A DNA stretch of 64,000 nucleotides from an uncultured Methanomassiliicoccales archaeon (GTDB lineage: Archaea; Thermoplasmatota; Thermoplasmata; Methanomassiliicoccales; UBA472). The stretch covers positions 2,336,001 to 2,400,000 of the forward strand of contig OY968769.1 in the NCBI GenBank assembly GCA_963695345.1. The letters run 5' to 3'. Below the pieces are notes generated by a model. It was not told the origin of the DNA, made no database searches, and was given only the letters and a program-made list of their open reading frames with translations. The position numbers were made by a program, and so were the translations under genes. Numbering within the stretch: the stretch's first letter is position 1; each line of letters opens with the position of its first letter. Shown here piece by piece: positions 20,234 to 30,075 of this stretch.

Positions 20234-22189
20234 ATGGCACCGGAGGACAAGAGGATCTTAGGACTTGGGATCGACACGGGTGGAACATTCACCGATGCGG
20301 CAATTATCGACATGAAGACCATGGAGGTACTGACCAAGGCGAAATCTCCGACCACCTATCAGGACCTGTCCATAGGTCTTCTGGGCGCGGTCGATGGGGT
20401 AATCGCCTCGGGCCTGTTCGACGTGGACGAGATCAAGATCGTGGGACTTTCCACCACTCTTGCCACCAACTCGATCCTGACCGGCAAGGGCGGTCAGGTA
20501 GGCCTCATCTGCATCGGCTGGTCCCCTGACCGGGATTGGGACATGGGGACCAAGATAATCGAGACCGTGGAGGGCGGTCACACCGTAAGGGGCTATGAGA
20601 ACCAGCCACTGGATGTCGCGGCCCTCGAGAGGGCGATATCCTCGATGGCCTCAAAGGTCGACGCCATAGCCATCTCCAGCATCTTCAGCGTATACAACCC
20701 GGACCACGAGGTGCGCGCCCGCAAGGCCATCCTGGAGAGGGCGAACATGCTCACCGTCACCGGTCATGACCTGACCACCCAGCTGGGCATAAAAGAAAGG
20801 ACCATCACCGCCGTGCTGAACGCCAAGCTGATACCGATCATCGGGGACTTCCTGAACAGCGTGGAACATTCGATGGAGAAGAGGGGGATCAAGGGCCAGA
20901 TCATGGTGTATAAGGGTGACGGGTCGCTGATGAACATAGCAGTGGCCAGGACCAGGCCGGTGGACACCATCCTTTCCGGACCCGCCGCCAGCCTTATGGG
21001 GGGCAGGTTGCTGTCCAAACTGGAGAACTGCATTGTCCTGGACATCGGCGGAACGTCCACCGACATCGCTTATCTGGACAAGGGATTCCCGCGCATCAAC
21101 CGGGAAGGCGCCTCGGTCGGGAACTGGAGGACCCGGGTCAGGGCCATCGATATCTGGACCAGCGGACTCGGAGGGGACTCCGACATGCAGGTGGACCGCT
21201 ATGGACACCTGGAGATAGGGCCGGAAAGGGTCATGCCGCTGGCCTTGGCCTCGAAGAAGGACCCGGCGATCCTGGACAAACTGCGCCTGACCAGGCAGAC
21301 CACCTATTATATGGTGTACGACAGGGACACCGCCAAACTGAGCCACGAGGACCGTCTGGTGTACAACTTCCTCAAGGAGAACAAGGTGAGCACGTTCAAT
21401 GAGGCCAACGAGGGTGTTCCGGAGCTCTATTTCGTGACCGAGAACCTGCGCTCCCTCAAGGCCAAGGGATTCATTCTGCAGACCGGTCTGACCCCCACCG
21501 ACATCATGCACGTCAAAGGGATCTATACGCCCGGGGACGTCCTGGCATCAAGGGAGGGAGTGGAGATATTCTCCAATCTGGCGTGCGTGACCGTGGACCA
21601 TTTCATCGAGAACTTCATGGACGTGATGGTCACCAATATCGGCGGCGAAGTGGTAAAGAAGATCATATCGGACGAGGCCGGGGACATTATTCCGTCCCGC
21701 GCTTTGGACTATCTCATCAAGGCCATTCTGGGGGCCGCCGGATTCCGGACCATGTCCATCCAAGCCTCCCTCGACCGGCCGATAGTGGGGATCGGGGCGC
21801 CGGCACACGTGTTCGTCCCGGAACTGGAGAAGAGGATGAACGTCAAGGTCATCATCCCTCCGAACCATGACGTCGGGAATGCCGTCGGCGCGGTGTGCAG
21901 CAAGGTGTCGGAGATGATATCGGTGCAGGTCTACCCCCGAGACTACAAGTTCTGGGTGTTCACGCCTTTCGCCGACCCGCTGGAGTTCCACCACCGCGAG
22001 GAGGCCATCGAGAAGGCCAAGGAGGTCGCCTGCGATTACGTCAAAGAAAGGGCGCTGGCCGCCGGTGCCAAGAACGTCGAGGTCATGGTCGACGTGGACG
22101 AGAAGCGTTTCGCGCCAGGCTCGACCACGACCACTCCCACCTCCAACTGGACCGAGGTTAGGGCCAGAGCGACAGGAGACCCAATTTAG
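20234..22189 (+). CDS. Hydantoinase/oxoprolinase family (ASKHA ATPase) protein
   Basis: GIDTGGTFTD, STTLATN, TILSGPAAS, DIGGTSTD, GLGGDS, TPTD, GNAVGA motifs. Confidence 0.88.
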   Translation: MAPEDKRILGLGIDTGGTFTDAAIIDMKTMEVLTKAKSPTTYQDLSIGLLGAVDGVIASGLFDVDEIKIVGLSTTLATNSILTGKGGQVGLICIGWSPDRDWDMGTKIIETVEGGHTVRGYENQPLDVAALERAISSMASKVDAIAISSIFSVYNPDHEVRARKAILERANMLTVTGHDLTTQLGIKERTITAVLNAKLIPIIGDFLNSVEHSMEKRGIKGQIMVYKGDGSLMNIAVARTRPVDTILSGPAASLMGGRLLSKLENCIVLDIGGTSTDIAYLDKGFPRINREGASVGNWRTRVRAIDIWTSGLGGDSDMQVDRYGHLEIGPERVMPLALASKKDPAILDKLRLTRQTTYYMVYDRDTAKLSHEDRLVYNFLKENKVSTFNEANEGVPELYFVTENLRSLKAKGFILQTGLTPTDIMHVKGIYTPGDVLASREGVEIFSNLACVTVDHFIENFMDVMVTNIGGEVVKKIISDEAGDIIPSRALDYLIKAILGAAGFRTMSIQASLDRPIVGIGAPAHVFVPELEKRMNVKVIIPPNHDVGNAVGAVCSKVSEMISVQVYPRDYKFWVFTPFADPLEFHHREEAIEKAKEVACDYVKERALAAGAKNVEVMVDVDEKRFAPGSTTTTPTSNWTEVRARATGDPI

Positions 22190-22267
22190 GCCGGAGAAAC
22201 ATTGAAGTAATATAATCAAGATAATGCGGCTGAATATCTTATTTAAGATGTTATTGGAGGGAATTTA

Positions 22268-23278
22268 GTGGCTAGCAAAATGACTCCGAGGGAGCGCGTT
22301 CTCGCCGCTCTTGATTTGAAGGAAGTTGACAGGCCTCCAGTTGTATGCTTCACACAGAGCGCAACTGTTGATGTGATGGACGCGGTCAAGGTATATTGGC
22401 CCGAAGCCCACACCGACGCACACAAGATGGCTGAGTTGGCCATGGGTGTCCCGACGGTATTGGGTCTTGAGTCCGTCAGGATGCCGTACTGCCTGACCGT
22501 CGAGGCTGAGATCATGGGTTGCGTCGTAAACCTGGGTGGCCAGGACAGGACCCCAATGGTCAAGAAGCACGCGTTCGATGAGGACTCCGAGGTAGTAATC
22601 CCGGATGACATAACCTCAAAGGGCAGAATGAAGACCGTCATCGAGGCTGTAAAGATCGCCAAGGCAAAGGTCGGAAATGAATACCCGATCGTTGTCGGAA
22701 CCACCGGCCCAGTCACCATCGCGGGACACCTGGTCGGAACCGAGAACCTGCTCCTGTGGATGATCGTCAACCCGAGCGCCGTCCAGAAGTTCGTGGACAT
22801 AGCGACCAAGATCGAGAAGGAATACTGTACCGCACTGGCAGCCGCCGGCGCAGATGTCATCGTCATGAGCGACCCATCGTCCTCGACCGACATGATGTCC
22901 GCCGAACTGTTCGACCAGTACAGCAAGCCGTCGATCCGCGAGTGCTTCACCGACGTCGGTGAGACCAAGACCGTCCTGCACATCTGTGGCAACACCACCG
23001 TCCTGCTGGACCACATGATCGACACTGGCGTCAACGGCCTGTCGATCGAGGAGAAGGTCGAGCCGGAAGAGGCTGTCAGGCTGGTAGGCGGAAGGGCCGC
23101 TCTCGTCGGAAACGTCGGAGTGGTCAGGCCGTTGCTGCAGGGCACCCCTGAGGAATGCTACGAGGCAGGCAAGAGATGCAAGGAAGCCGGCTTCAACCTC
23201 GTCGCACCGGGATGCGGACTCGCGGCACGTGTGCCTCTGGCCAACATCCAGGCATTGGTCAAGGCAGTCAAGGAGTGA
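22268..23278 (+). CDS. mtaA: Methylcobamide:CoM methyltransferase (MtaA/MtbA family, UroD fold)
   Basis: RMPYCLTVEAE, Zn-binding LHICG and APGCG motifs. Confidence 0.85.
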   Translation: MASKMTPRERVLAALDLKEVDRPPVVCFTQSATVDVMDAVKVYWPEAHTDAHKMAELAMGVPTVLGLESVRMPYCLTVEAEIMGCVVNLGGQDRTPMVKKHAFDEDSEVVIPDDITSKGRMKTVIEAVKIAKAKVGNEYPIVVGTTGPVTIAGHLVGTENLLLWMIVNPSAVQKFVDIATKIEKEYCTALAAAGADVIVMSDPSSSTDMMSAELFDQYSKPSIRECFTDVGETKTVLHICGNTTVLLDHMIDTGVNGLSIEEKVEPEEAVRLVGGRAALVGNVGVVRPLLQGTPEECYEAGKRCKEAGFNLVAPGCGLAARVPLANIQALVKAVKE

Positions 23279-23286
23279 ACTTCTTA

Positions 23287-23320
23287 AGGGGGAGAGATCC
23301 CCCTATCAACGATTTTTTTC
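23287..23320 (+). terminator. Hairpin plus T-tract terminator after mtaA
   Basis: AGGGGGA-GAGA-TCCCCCT (7-bp stem, GNRA loop) followed by TTTTTTT. Confidence 0.6.
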
Positions 23321-23756
23321 TACATTTCAGTCCCGGATTATGAATATCGGATTTTTCAGTAGCCCAGCTACATAGCGATGCTCGGTGCCTTGAGGATCAC
23401 CTGTTTCTGCTGAGCCATTCGTAACCTGGGCGAAACGAAACCAGTCATGCTGTCATCGAGGAGGGCCGATAGGCCATTGGGTCCAGGGACTGGAATCACC
23501 CCGGGCCCCATTGATTCAACGATCGATGCTGCCCCGAGATAACAGAACTTACCACCGCCGTCCGGTCCACCGTACGAAGTCATAGGTCGTTCAGAACGGT
23601 TGATCTCAGTCCTCTACCAAGCCGACGCGGCAGGCTTCATGAAACAACCTTGGACCCTTCCATGTGGACGTTATTGGATCCATCCAGTCTTTCAGTGATG
23701 TGTACAGTTTTAAGAAAGCTGATATATAGACAGTATGCAATCTTCGAACGATTTTC

Positions 23757-25406
23757 ATGGCATACGGTGTTGCTCTAGACCTGGGAACCAGTGGATATCG
23801 TTCTCATCTGGTTGACCTTTCTAACAAAGGTAAGATAGTGTCGACCTCAATCACAATGAGACATCCGTTGCCGGGCGCGAACATCATGGACCATCTCCAT
23901 TTTTGGATGGAGAACGGGAGCGAGGTCGGACACAGCATTATAACGGAGACAGTGGACCACCTGATCGAATTGCATGGTGCCAAACCAGATGAGATAGAGA
24001 GGATCGCGGTCTGCGGCAATCCGGCCCAGCTCTCCATGTTCGAGAACATCGAGATCCGCGACCTGGCCTATGCTGGGCAATCGCTCCTCAGTCGGCTCAA
24101 CATCAAGGTTCCGGAACGGCGGGCACACGTGATCAAGGCCGATGAGCTGGGCCTCAGATCGGTCAATAAGGCCGCCGACATCCGTATCCCGCCATCCATC
24201 CGCCATGAGATCGGCGCTGATGCGCTGGCCATGATCATCAAGACCAAGCTCCTGGATAAAGATGAGACCTGCATGGTCACCGACTACGGCACGAACGCCG
24301 AGATGGGTCTTTACCATGAAGGGGAGCTCTACACCGGATCCGCCGCCGCCGGACCGGCAATGGAAGGGCAGTCGATCAAGTTCGGAATGCTGGCAGCCCC
24401 GGAGGCCATCTCTGATCTGGCGATAGGGCCGGATGAGATGTGGTACAATTACGTCCTCGACAAACACCTCCATCCGTGCAAGGCGGCGATGGTCGGGCCC
24501 CGGAACAACAAGGTCCAGGTCATCGAGAACCTGACCGCCCGGGGCATCACCGGAACCGGAGTGGTGGCCGCCGTGGCGATGGGCCTGGAGACCGGGATCA
24601 TCAAATTGCCCGGTATCGACACGCCAGACCACATGATACACTTGATGAACGGGATCACCTTCACCGAGCATGACCTGAAGGAAGCGGGAAAGGCCATGGG
24701 CGCCATCCGGGCGGGTCACCGGACGCTCATCCAGAATGTCGGAATAGACGATGCCGAGGTCAAGACCATGTACCTGGCCGGAGCGTCCGGAACATACGTG
24801 GATCCGATAAAGGCACAAAGGGTGGGCCTCTTGCCCCGGGTACTGGAGAGAACGGTCCAGGCAGGCAACACGTCGCTCATGATGGCCTATGATATCCTGG
24901 TGGACGACAACGGCCTGGACCACATGCAGGATGTGGCCAACTCGATCGCCTCCAAGCACATCATGTTCGCCACCAGCGAGGTCTTCGAGGATCACTACGT
25001 CAACGAACTGGCCTACTGGGATGAGGGTATGCCCTTCGACATGGTCAACACCATGCTGAAGAAGGCCGGATACCGGCCCATGCCCGAGATCGTACGCCCG
25101 AAGGAGATGATACGATTGGTAAGCAGCGACATCCCGGTCATCGGGGACCGAGGGCTTAAGACACTGGAGGATGTCGGGGTGTACCTCATCGGTTCCTTCG
25201 AGGGCTGCATTGGCTGCCAGAAATGCGAGCTGGAGTGTCCGGAGCGGGCCTTGAAGATCCTGCCGATGGGAGATGACAAGTTCAAGGTCAGGATAGCAAC
25301 CGAGTTCTGCCTTGGGACGGCGTGCAAGCATTGTGAAAATGTATGTCCCAAGAAGGTCTATAATCTCAGCAAGCTCGCGGTGGTAAGAAGAGGAGATGAC
25401 CAGTAA
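23757..25406 (+). CDS. ramA: Corrinoid protein reductive activase RamA/RamM family
   Basis: ALDLGTSG, HPLPGANIMDHL, TDYGTNAEM, SAAAGPAMEG, GITGTG; C-terminal CIGCQKCELECP and CLGTACKHCENVCP. Confidence 0.9.
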   Translation: MAYGVALDLGTSGYRSHLVDLSNKGKIVSTSITMRHPLPGANIMDHLHFWMENGSEVGHSIITETVDHLIELHGAKPDEIERIAVCGNPAQLSMFENIEIRDLAYAGQSLLSRLNIKVPERRAHVIKADELGLRSVNKAADIRIPPSIRHEIGADALAMIIKTKLLDKDETCMVTDYGTNAEMGLYHEGELYTGSAAAGPAMEGQSIKFGMLAAPEAISDLAIGPDEMWYNYVLDKHLHPCKAAMVGPRNNKVQVIENLTARGITGTGVVAAVAMGLETGIIKLPGIDTPDHMIHLMNGITFTEHDLKEAGKAMGAIRAGHRTLIQNVGIDDAEVKTMYLAGASGTYVDPIKAQRVGLLPRVLERTVQAGNTSLMMAYDILVDDNGLDHMQDVANSIASKHIMFATSEVFEDHYVNELAYWDEGMPFDMVNTMLKKAGYRPMPEIVRPKEMIRLVSSDIPVIGDRGLKTLEDVGVYLIGSFEGCIGCQKCELECPERALKILPMGDDKFKVRIATEFCLGTACKHCENVCPKKVYNLSKLAVVRRGDDQ

Positions 25407-26270
25407 GTGCGCATAATATCTGTCGTTGACAACATGTCGGGCACGTCCTTCAACTACTCCAAGTTGGTCAAGCGCCTGGACAGGCCGGACCGGCACTTCC
25501 TTTCGGAGCATGGGCTGTCAATACTGATCGAGACCGATGACGGCAAGAGGGTACTGGTGGACACCGGTGCCTCAAACATGGTTTTCTCCCATAATCTCAA
25601 TCTGCTGGGATTCAAACCGAACGACATCGATGCGGTCTTCATATCCCATGGCCACTATGATCATATGGGCGGCCTCATACCGATGATCGACGCCGGAAAA
25701 CCCATCTACGGCGACCCGAAACTGTTCTCCTCGAAGCGCTTCGCCGTCGCCATTGATGGCACCAAGAGGGACATCAGCGCCCCGAGGGAGCTAATCGACG
25801 CCCTGCCCCGGGCCAATCTCCACCTTTCCTCTTCCAGCGTGGAGATAGTACCAGGCGTGAAGACATCCGGGCAGATCGTCCGGGAGTCGAAGTTCGAGGT
25901 CCAGGACCGGTTCCTCAAGGAGGAGGAGATCGGTTGTCCGGTCAATGACGAGGTCTTCGAGGAGCAGGCGCTCTTCATCCAGACCAAGAAGGGCCTGGTG
26001 ATCGTGTCGGGATGCGGTCACCCCGGCATCGTGAACGTGGTCACCCAGGCGAAGAGAAGCTTCGACAAGAGGATATACATGGTCATCGGCGGGTTCCATC
26101 TCAGCTCAGCCAGCAAGGACCGGATCCTGAAGACCATGGACGGACTCAAGGCACTGGGCGTTGACCGAATAGCTCCCACCCACTGCACCGGTTTCGAGGC
26201 ATTGAAGATGATGTCCGACCGATTCGTCGGGTTCGATATGCTTCCCTCCGGCAGCGAGATCACGATCTGA
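25407..26270 (+). CDS. MBL-fold metallo-hydrolase
   Basis: EHGLS, SHGHYDH (HxHxDH), GCGHPG, GGFHL, HCTG motifs; GTG start abuts the ramA stop. Confidence 0.85.
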   Translation: MRIISVVDNMSGTSFNYSKLVKRLDRPDRHFLSEHGLSILIETDDGKRVLVDTGASNMVFSHNLNLLGFKPNDIDAVFISHGHYDHMGGLIPMIDAGKPIYGDPKLFSSKRFAVAIDGTKRDISAPRELIDALPRANLHLSSSSVEIVPGVKTSGQIVRESKFEVQDRFLKEEEIGCPVNDEVFEEQALFIQTKKGLVIVSGCGHPGIVNVVTQAKRSFDKRIYMVIGGFHLSSASKDRILKTMDGLKALGVDRIAPTHCTGFEALKMMSDRFVGFDMLPSGSEITI

Positions 26271-26330
26271 GATCGTCAGGATCGCCGGAACGAGCTTTTT
26301 TATCCTCGTTCCGACAACGTTCTTTACGAC

Positions 26331-26876
26331 ATGTTTGTGGAGAGGCCGGACGATTGGCAATGGCAGGAACTGGTCACCACCTATGGACATCCAACGTTCG
26401 CCGATCAGGAACGGAGGATCCATGGAAGTGCCGAGGACAAGGACGCCATGACGCGCCGAGGGGACGTGATCCTGCTCATTTTCAATCTTGGCGGTTCGTG
26501 TGTCTTTGTCAAAAGGAAAGGAGCGATGGACTGGTCCTTTCCGACAGGCCCGATCGGGCCGGGGGAAGGGATCATCGAGGCAGCACATCGAGAGGCGATG
26601 GAACAGGCCGGGGTCACGATAGTTCCGATCGGGGTTCCGCTCTGCCAAAGGGTGAATGCGACATCCAGGGACACGACCTCCCAGAGATGGCGTTTGGTGG
26701 TGGTGGCGGAGACCGCCACGTCCGACCTGCGTCCGGAGGATCAAGGAGGTGTCGAAGCCAGGCTTTTCGACATTCCTCCGACCGTGCATGATCATGACAA
26801 AGCGGCATGGATGGCAGAATTGCACGGTGTCGCCACCCGCTTCATGCGGTCGATGGACGCCATGGACGGGATATGA
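26331..26876 (+). CDS. NUDIX hydrolase-like protein
   Basis: Nudix box-like GPIGPGEGIIEAAHREAMEQAGV. Confidence 0.65.
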   Translation: MFVERPDDWQWQELVTTYGHPTFADQERRIHGSAEDKDAMTRRGDVILLIFNLGGSCVFVKRKGAMDWSFPTGPIGPGEGIIEAAHREAMEQAGVTIVPIGVPLCQRVNATSRDTTSQRWRLVVVAETATSDLRPEDQGGVEARLFDIPPTVHDHDKAAWMAELHGVATRFMRSMDAMDGI

Positions 26877-26959
26877 GCGTCACCGAACGAACAATATATC
26901 TTCCACCGACGCAAATAATACAAGTCACCCTGAACAGAAGAGCCCTGTGAGGAGGTGTT

Positions 26960-27247
26960 TTGATGGCCGAAGATGAAAAGAGATTGGAATGTAAGGATTG
27001 CGGAGATACCGGTCCCGGCCCAGAGAAGACCAGTAAAATATGGGTGAAGGACAGGTTCGTTGACGCTTACGGTATCGATGACATCATTGAGGATGTTTTC
27101 CACATGAACATCAAGGACCGCAACCGTATCGCTGATGAGCTGATGTCCCGGTTCCTAGAGAACAACCAGATACCTGATGGTCTGGAGAAGGACTACCGGA
27201 CCGCATTGGTCGATGAATATGAAATAAGGCTGCTGCCGTATCTCTGA
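26960..27247 (+). CDS. Small conserved archaeal protein with N-terminal CxxCG
   Basis: GGAGGTG RBS; CKDCG...GIDDII...NQIP..LEKDYRTAL pattern resembles small methanogen proteins of unknown function. Confidence 0.55.
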   Translation: MMAEDEKRLECKDCGDTGPGPEKTSKIWVKDRFVDAYGIDDIIEDVFHMNIKDRNRIADELMSRFLENNQIPDGLEKDYRTALVDEYEIRLLPYL

Positions 27248-27304
27248 GAAGTCGGATATTCGATGGACTTATAGGGGCGCAGAGCTTGTCGAACCCGATC
27301 AAGA

Positions 27305-28141
27305 ATGACCTGGGCATCCGATCTTTTTGAGCTGTTCGAAGGCATGGACTTTCTCGAGCAGTCATACGAGCAAATGATTGACGACCGGTTCACGGAAGAG
27401 ATCAGGCTGATCGACGCCTCCGAGAGCCGCATGCTCATCGACGAGGACGAATGGCCGCTGTCGTTCGCGGTCAAGACCCCGAAGGGATGGAGGGCGACCA
27501 GCTTTCTTCTCCGGAAACCCCGGGTGGAGATCGTTGAGCGGTATGAGGCATTGGGCGGAGAGATATTCCAGACCGACAAGGCCGAGTTCGCCGCCGCGAT
27601 GAGGGAACATTTCTCCGAGAGATTGCTCCAGCAGGTGCAGACCGCGGTGGAGGATTTCTCCGCCGAGAGATGCACCAAGGTGCAGGATCTGATCACCGAT
27701 GTCTGGGGCGAGAGGATCGGCCAAGGCTGTTTGGATGTGGCGTGCGGCTCGGGTCTCGGATCGGCCGCCTTGAGACAGTTGGGTATGATCCCCATATCCT
27801 ATGACAACGATCCCGGGCTGCTGGCCTTGGGCATGAGGAAGGGCCGTCTGATGCCAGAGGGTACGATGTGCATCGACGCCACCAGGGCGAGCCTGCTGGC
27901 TCCCAGGGCCCCGCTCGGCCTGATCCTGATGGCCGGTTCCATCAACAACTTCAACGAGTATGTTTGGAAGGCCATAGTACAGGAGACCCTCAAGTTGACA
28001 TCGATGACGTTGATCACGGTGGAGACGAAGAACGAAGCGGAACGGGTCAAAGGCTGGTGCGTCCCCAAAGGCCGCGATGTCAACCTGTTCGAGAACGACC
28101 GTGACCCGTTCTATGACCGTTGGGTGTGCTCGATCTCCTGA
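27305..28141 (+). CDS. Class I SAM-dependent methyltransferase-like protein
   Basis: SAM-binding motif I LDVACGSGLG followed by ISYDND. Confidence 0.7.
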   Translation: MTWASDLFELFEGMDFLEQSYEQMIDDRFTEEIRLIDASESRMLIDEDEWPLSFAVKTPKGWRATSFLLRKPRVEIVERYEALGGEIFQTDKAEFAAAMREHFSERLLQQVQTAVEDFSAERCTKVQDLITDVWGERIGQGCLDVACGSGLGSAALRQLGMIPISYDNDPGLLALGMRKGRLMPEGTMCIDATRASLLAPRAPLGLILMAGSINNFNEYVWKAIVQETLKLTSMTLITVETKNEAERVKGWCVPKGRDVNLFENDRDPFYDRWVCSIS

Positions 28142-28328
28142 TCACGCCGATCTGGTCATGGGTCCGAGCAAGAGTGGGACAATGGTGATATAGCCGCCAT
28201 TGGCACCATCCTTTTTTCCGTCCCTTTATTGTGAACCGTCAATGATTTATATTATTGACATTGATTGGTGAAACATTGTAACACGAATCGTTTAGAAAAC
28301 GTTCGATTATTGCAATGGAGGGTGCTAA

Positions 28329-28799
28329 ATGGACGAAACGGACCTGAAGATCCTGAAGATGCTGAAGCAAGACTCCAGAGTAAGCCTCGGCAAGATCGCT
28401 GAAAAGCTAGAGATATCCAAGGCAACCGTCTCGCGCCGGATCTCCAAGATGGAGAACGACGACCTGATCTCCGGATATACCTTAATCACCAATTCCACCA
28501 AGCTCGGCCTGATGCGTGCCATCATCGGGATAGAGGTGGTCGGGTCGTCCCTGACCGAGGTCATCGAGGAGCTGAAGAGGTTCGAGGAGATCCAGAACAT
28601 CTTCAAGGTCTTTGGAGACCACAGCCTGATCTGCGAGGTCTATACCAAGAACGTAGACTCCCTCTACGACCTGATCCAGAGCCGAATCCTCAAGGTGGCA
28701 AGCATCCATAATGTCGAGGTGGACATTCTTATCGAGAAGATATCGTTGAACCCCGACGCCGAGTTGGACATGCTCAGCAAGGCCACATCCATTGTCTGA
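28329..28799 (+). CDS. Lrp/AsnC family transcriptional regulator
   Basis: MDETDLKILKML..DSR..LGKIAEKL.ISKATVSRRI HTH with C-terminal RAM domain. Confidence 0.92.
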   Translation: MDETDLKILKMLKQDSRVSLGKIAEKLEISKATVSRRISKMENDDLISGYTLITNSTKLGLMRAIIGIEVVGSSLTEVIEELKRFEEIQNIFKVFGDHSLICEVYTKNVDSLYDLIQSRILKVASIHNVEVDILIEKISLNPDAELDMLSKATSIV

Positions 28800-28856
28800 C
28801 AGCAGTCCAGGAGCGAACTGCACAACCGTTATAATCGGCAAGCGCATCCACCGTTC

Positions 28857-30075
28857 ATGAGCCGCAAGGCGAAGGTGGCCGCGCCCGGCCCGGAAGGCTA
28901 TCGCACCGAGGACCCGGAGGAGACCCTGTCCCGCATAGAACCCCTCACCAAGAAGGCAGGGATAAGCCGTGTCGCCGACATCACCGGGCTGGACCGTATC
29001 GGTATTCCGGTTTTCTCCACCATCCGTCCGTCCGCCGAGACTGGTGCCATATCCATCTACAACGGAAAGGGCCTGACCCCGGCCCAGGCCAGGATATCGG
29101 CGATAATGGAAGGCATCGAAAGATACAGCGCGGAAGTGCACGGCGACGTCCTGGTCAGGGAACTCATGGAGGATATGCTGAGCGGTGGGAACGCTCTCGA
29201 TCCGCGCGAGCTTATCCTTCCCATCTACACCAAAATGAGGCTGAAGGACATGCCTGTCGCCTGGGTGAAGGGAAGGGAGATCGGGAGCGAAAAGGAGATC
29301 ATGGTTCCGGCCAGCGCCGTCTATCATCCCTATGGCTCAGCGGCGGACCTGCCCTTGTTCCGTTCCAACACCAACGGGCTCGCCTCCGGCAATACCCTGA
29401 ATGAGGCGATATTGCACGGACTCTGCGAGGTCATCGAGAGGGACGCTTGGTCCCTGACGGAGGTAAAGAGGAAGGTCATCTCGGATATATCAATAGATGA
29501 AGAGGGCGGACTGCTGAGGGAGACCCTGGACCGGTTCACCTCCAAGGGGGTGGAGGTGCATCTCAAGAACCTCACCAGCGACATTGGCATGCCGGTCATC
29601 GCAGCGGCGGCGGACGACGTGCAGCTGCAGGATGCGGGTCTGCTGACCCTTGGCATAGGGGCGCACCCGTCCCCCAAGGTGGCGGCCCTGAAGGCTTTGA
29701 CGGAGGTGGCCCAGAGCAGGCTAACCCAGATACACGGGGCGAGGGAGGATGCGGTCATGGCGGACGGCAACCGGAAGCTTGGCTATGACCGTGTGAAGCG
29801 GATGAACCAGCTATGGTTCGGGAAGGCCGCCGCGATCAGGAACATAGAGGATATGGAAGTCTATCGACAAAGGGGACATCGAGGCCAATATTGCAGAGGT
29901 GGTTGACCGTGTCCACGCAGTGGGATTAAGGTCGGCCATCGTCACCGATCTGACCAGAAAGGAGATCGGCATACCGGTCGTTAGGGTGCTTGTCCCGGGT
30001 CTCGAGGTGTTCTCCATCGATTCTGACCGGGTGGGAAGAAGGTTGATGGAAGCGGAAAGGAGCCTTCGCGGATGA
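28857..30075 (+). CDS. ycaO: YcaO McrA-glycine thioamidation enzyme (methanogenesis marker 1), with a frameshift near 29855
   Basis: GISRVADITGLDRIGIPV, GKG, MEGIER, TNGLASGN, EVIERDA, TEVAQSR; the conserved tail IGIPVVRVLVPGLE continues in another frame to TGA 30075, overlapping the tfuA ATG. Confidence 0.88.

Noticed and set aside
27263-27304. ATG-GAC-TTA-TAG in frame with the methyltransferase, a possible pyrrolysine N-terminal extension
   Set aside because: The TTATA overlaps a likely TATA box and the extension has no protein-like features; the downstream ATG at 27305 suffices
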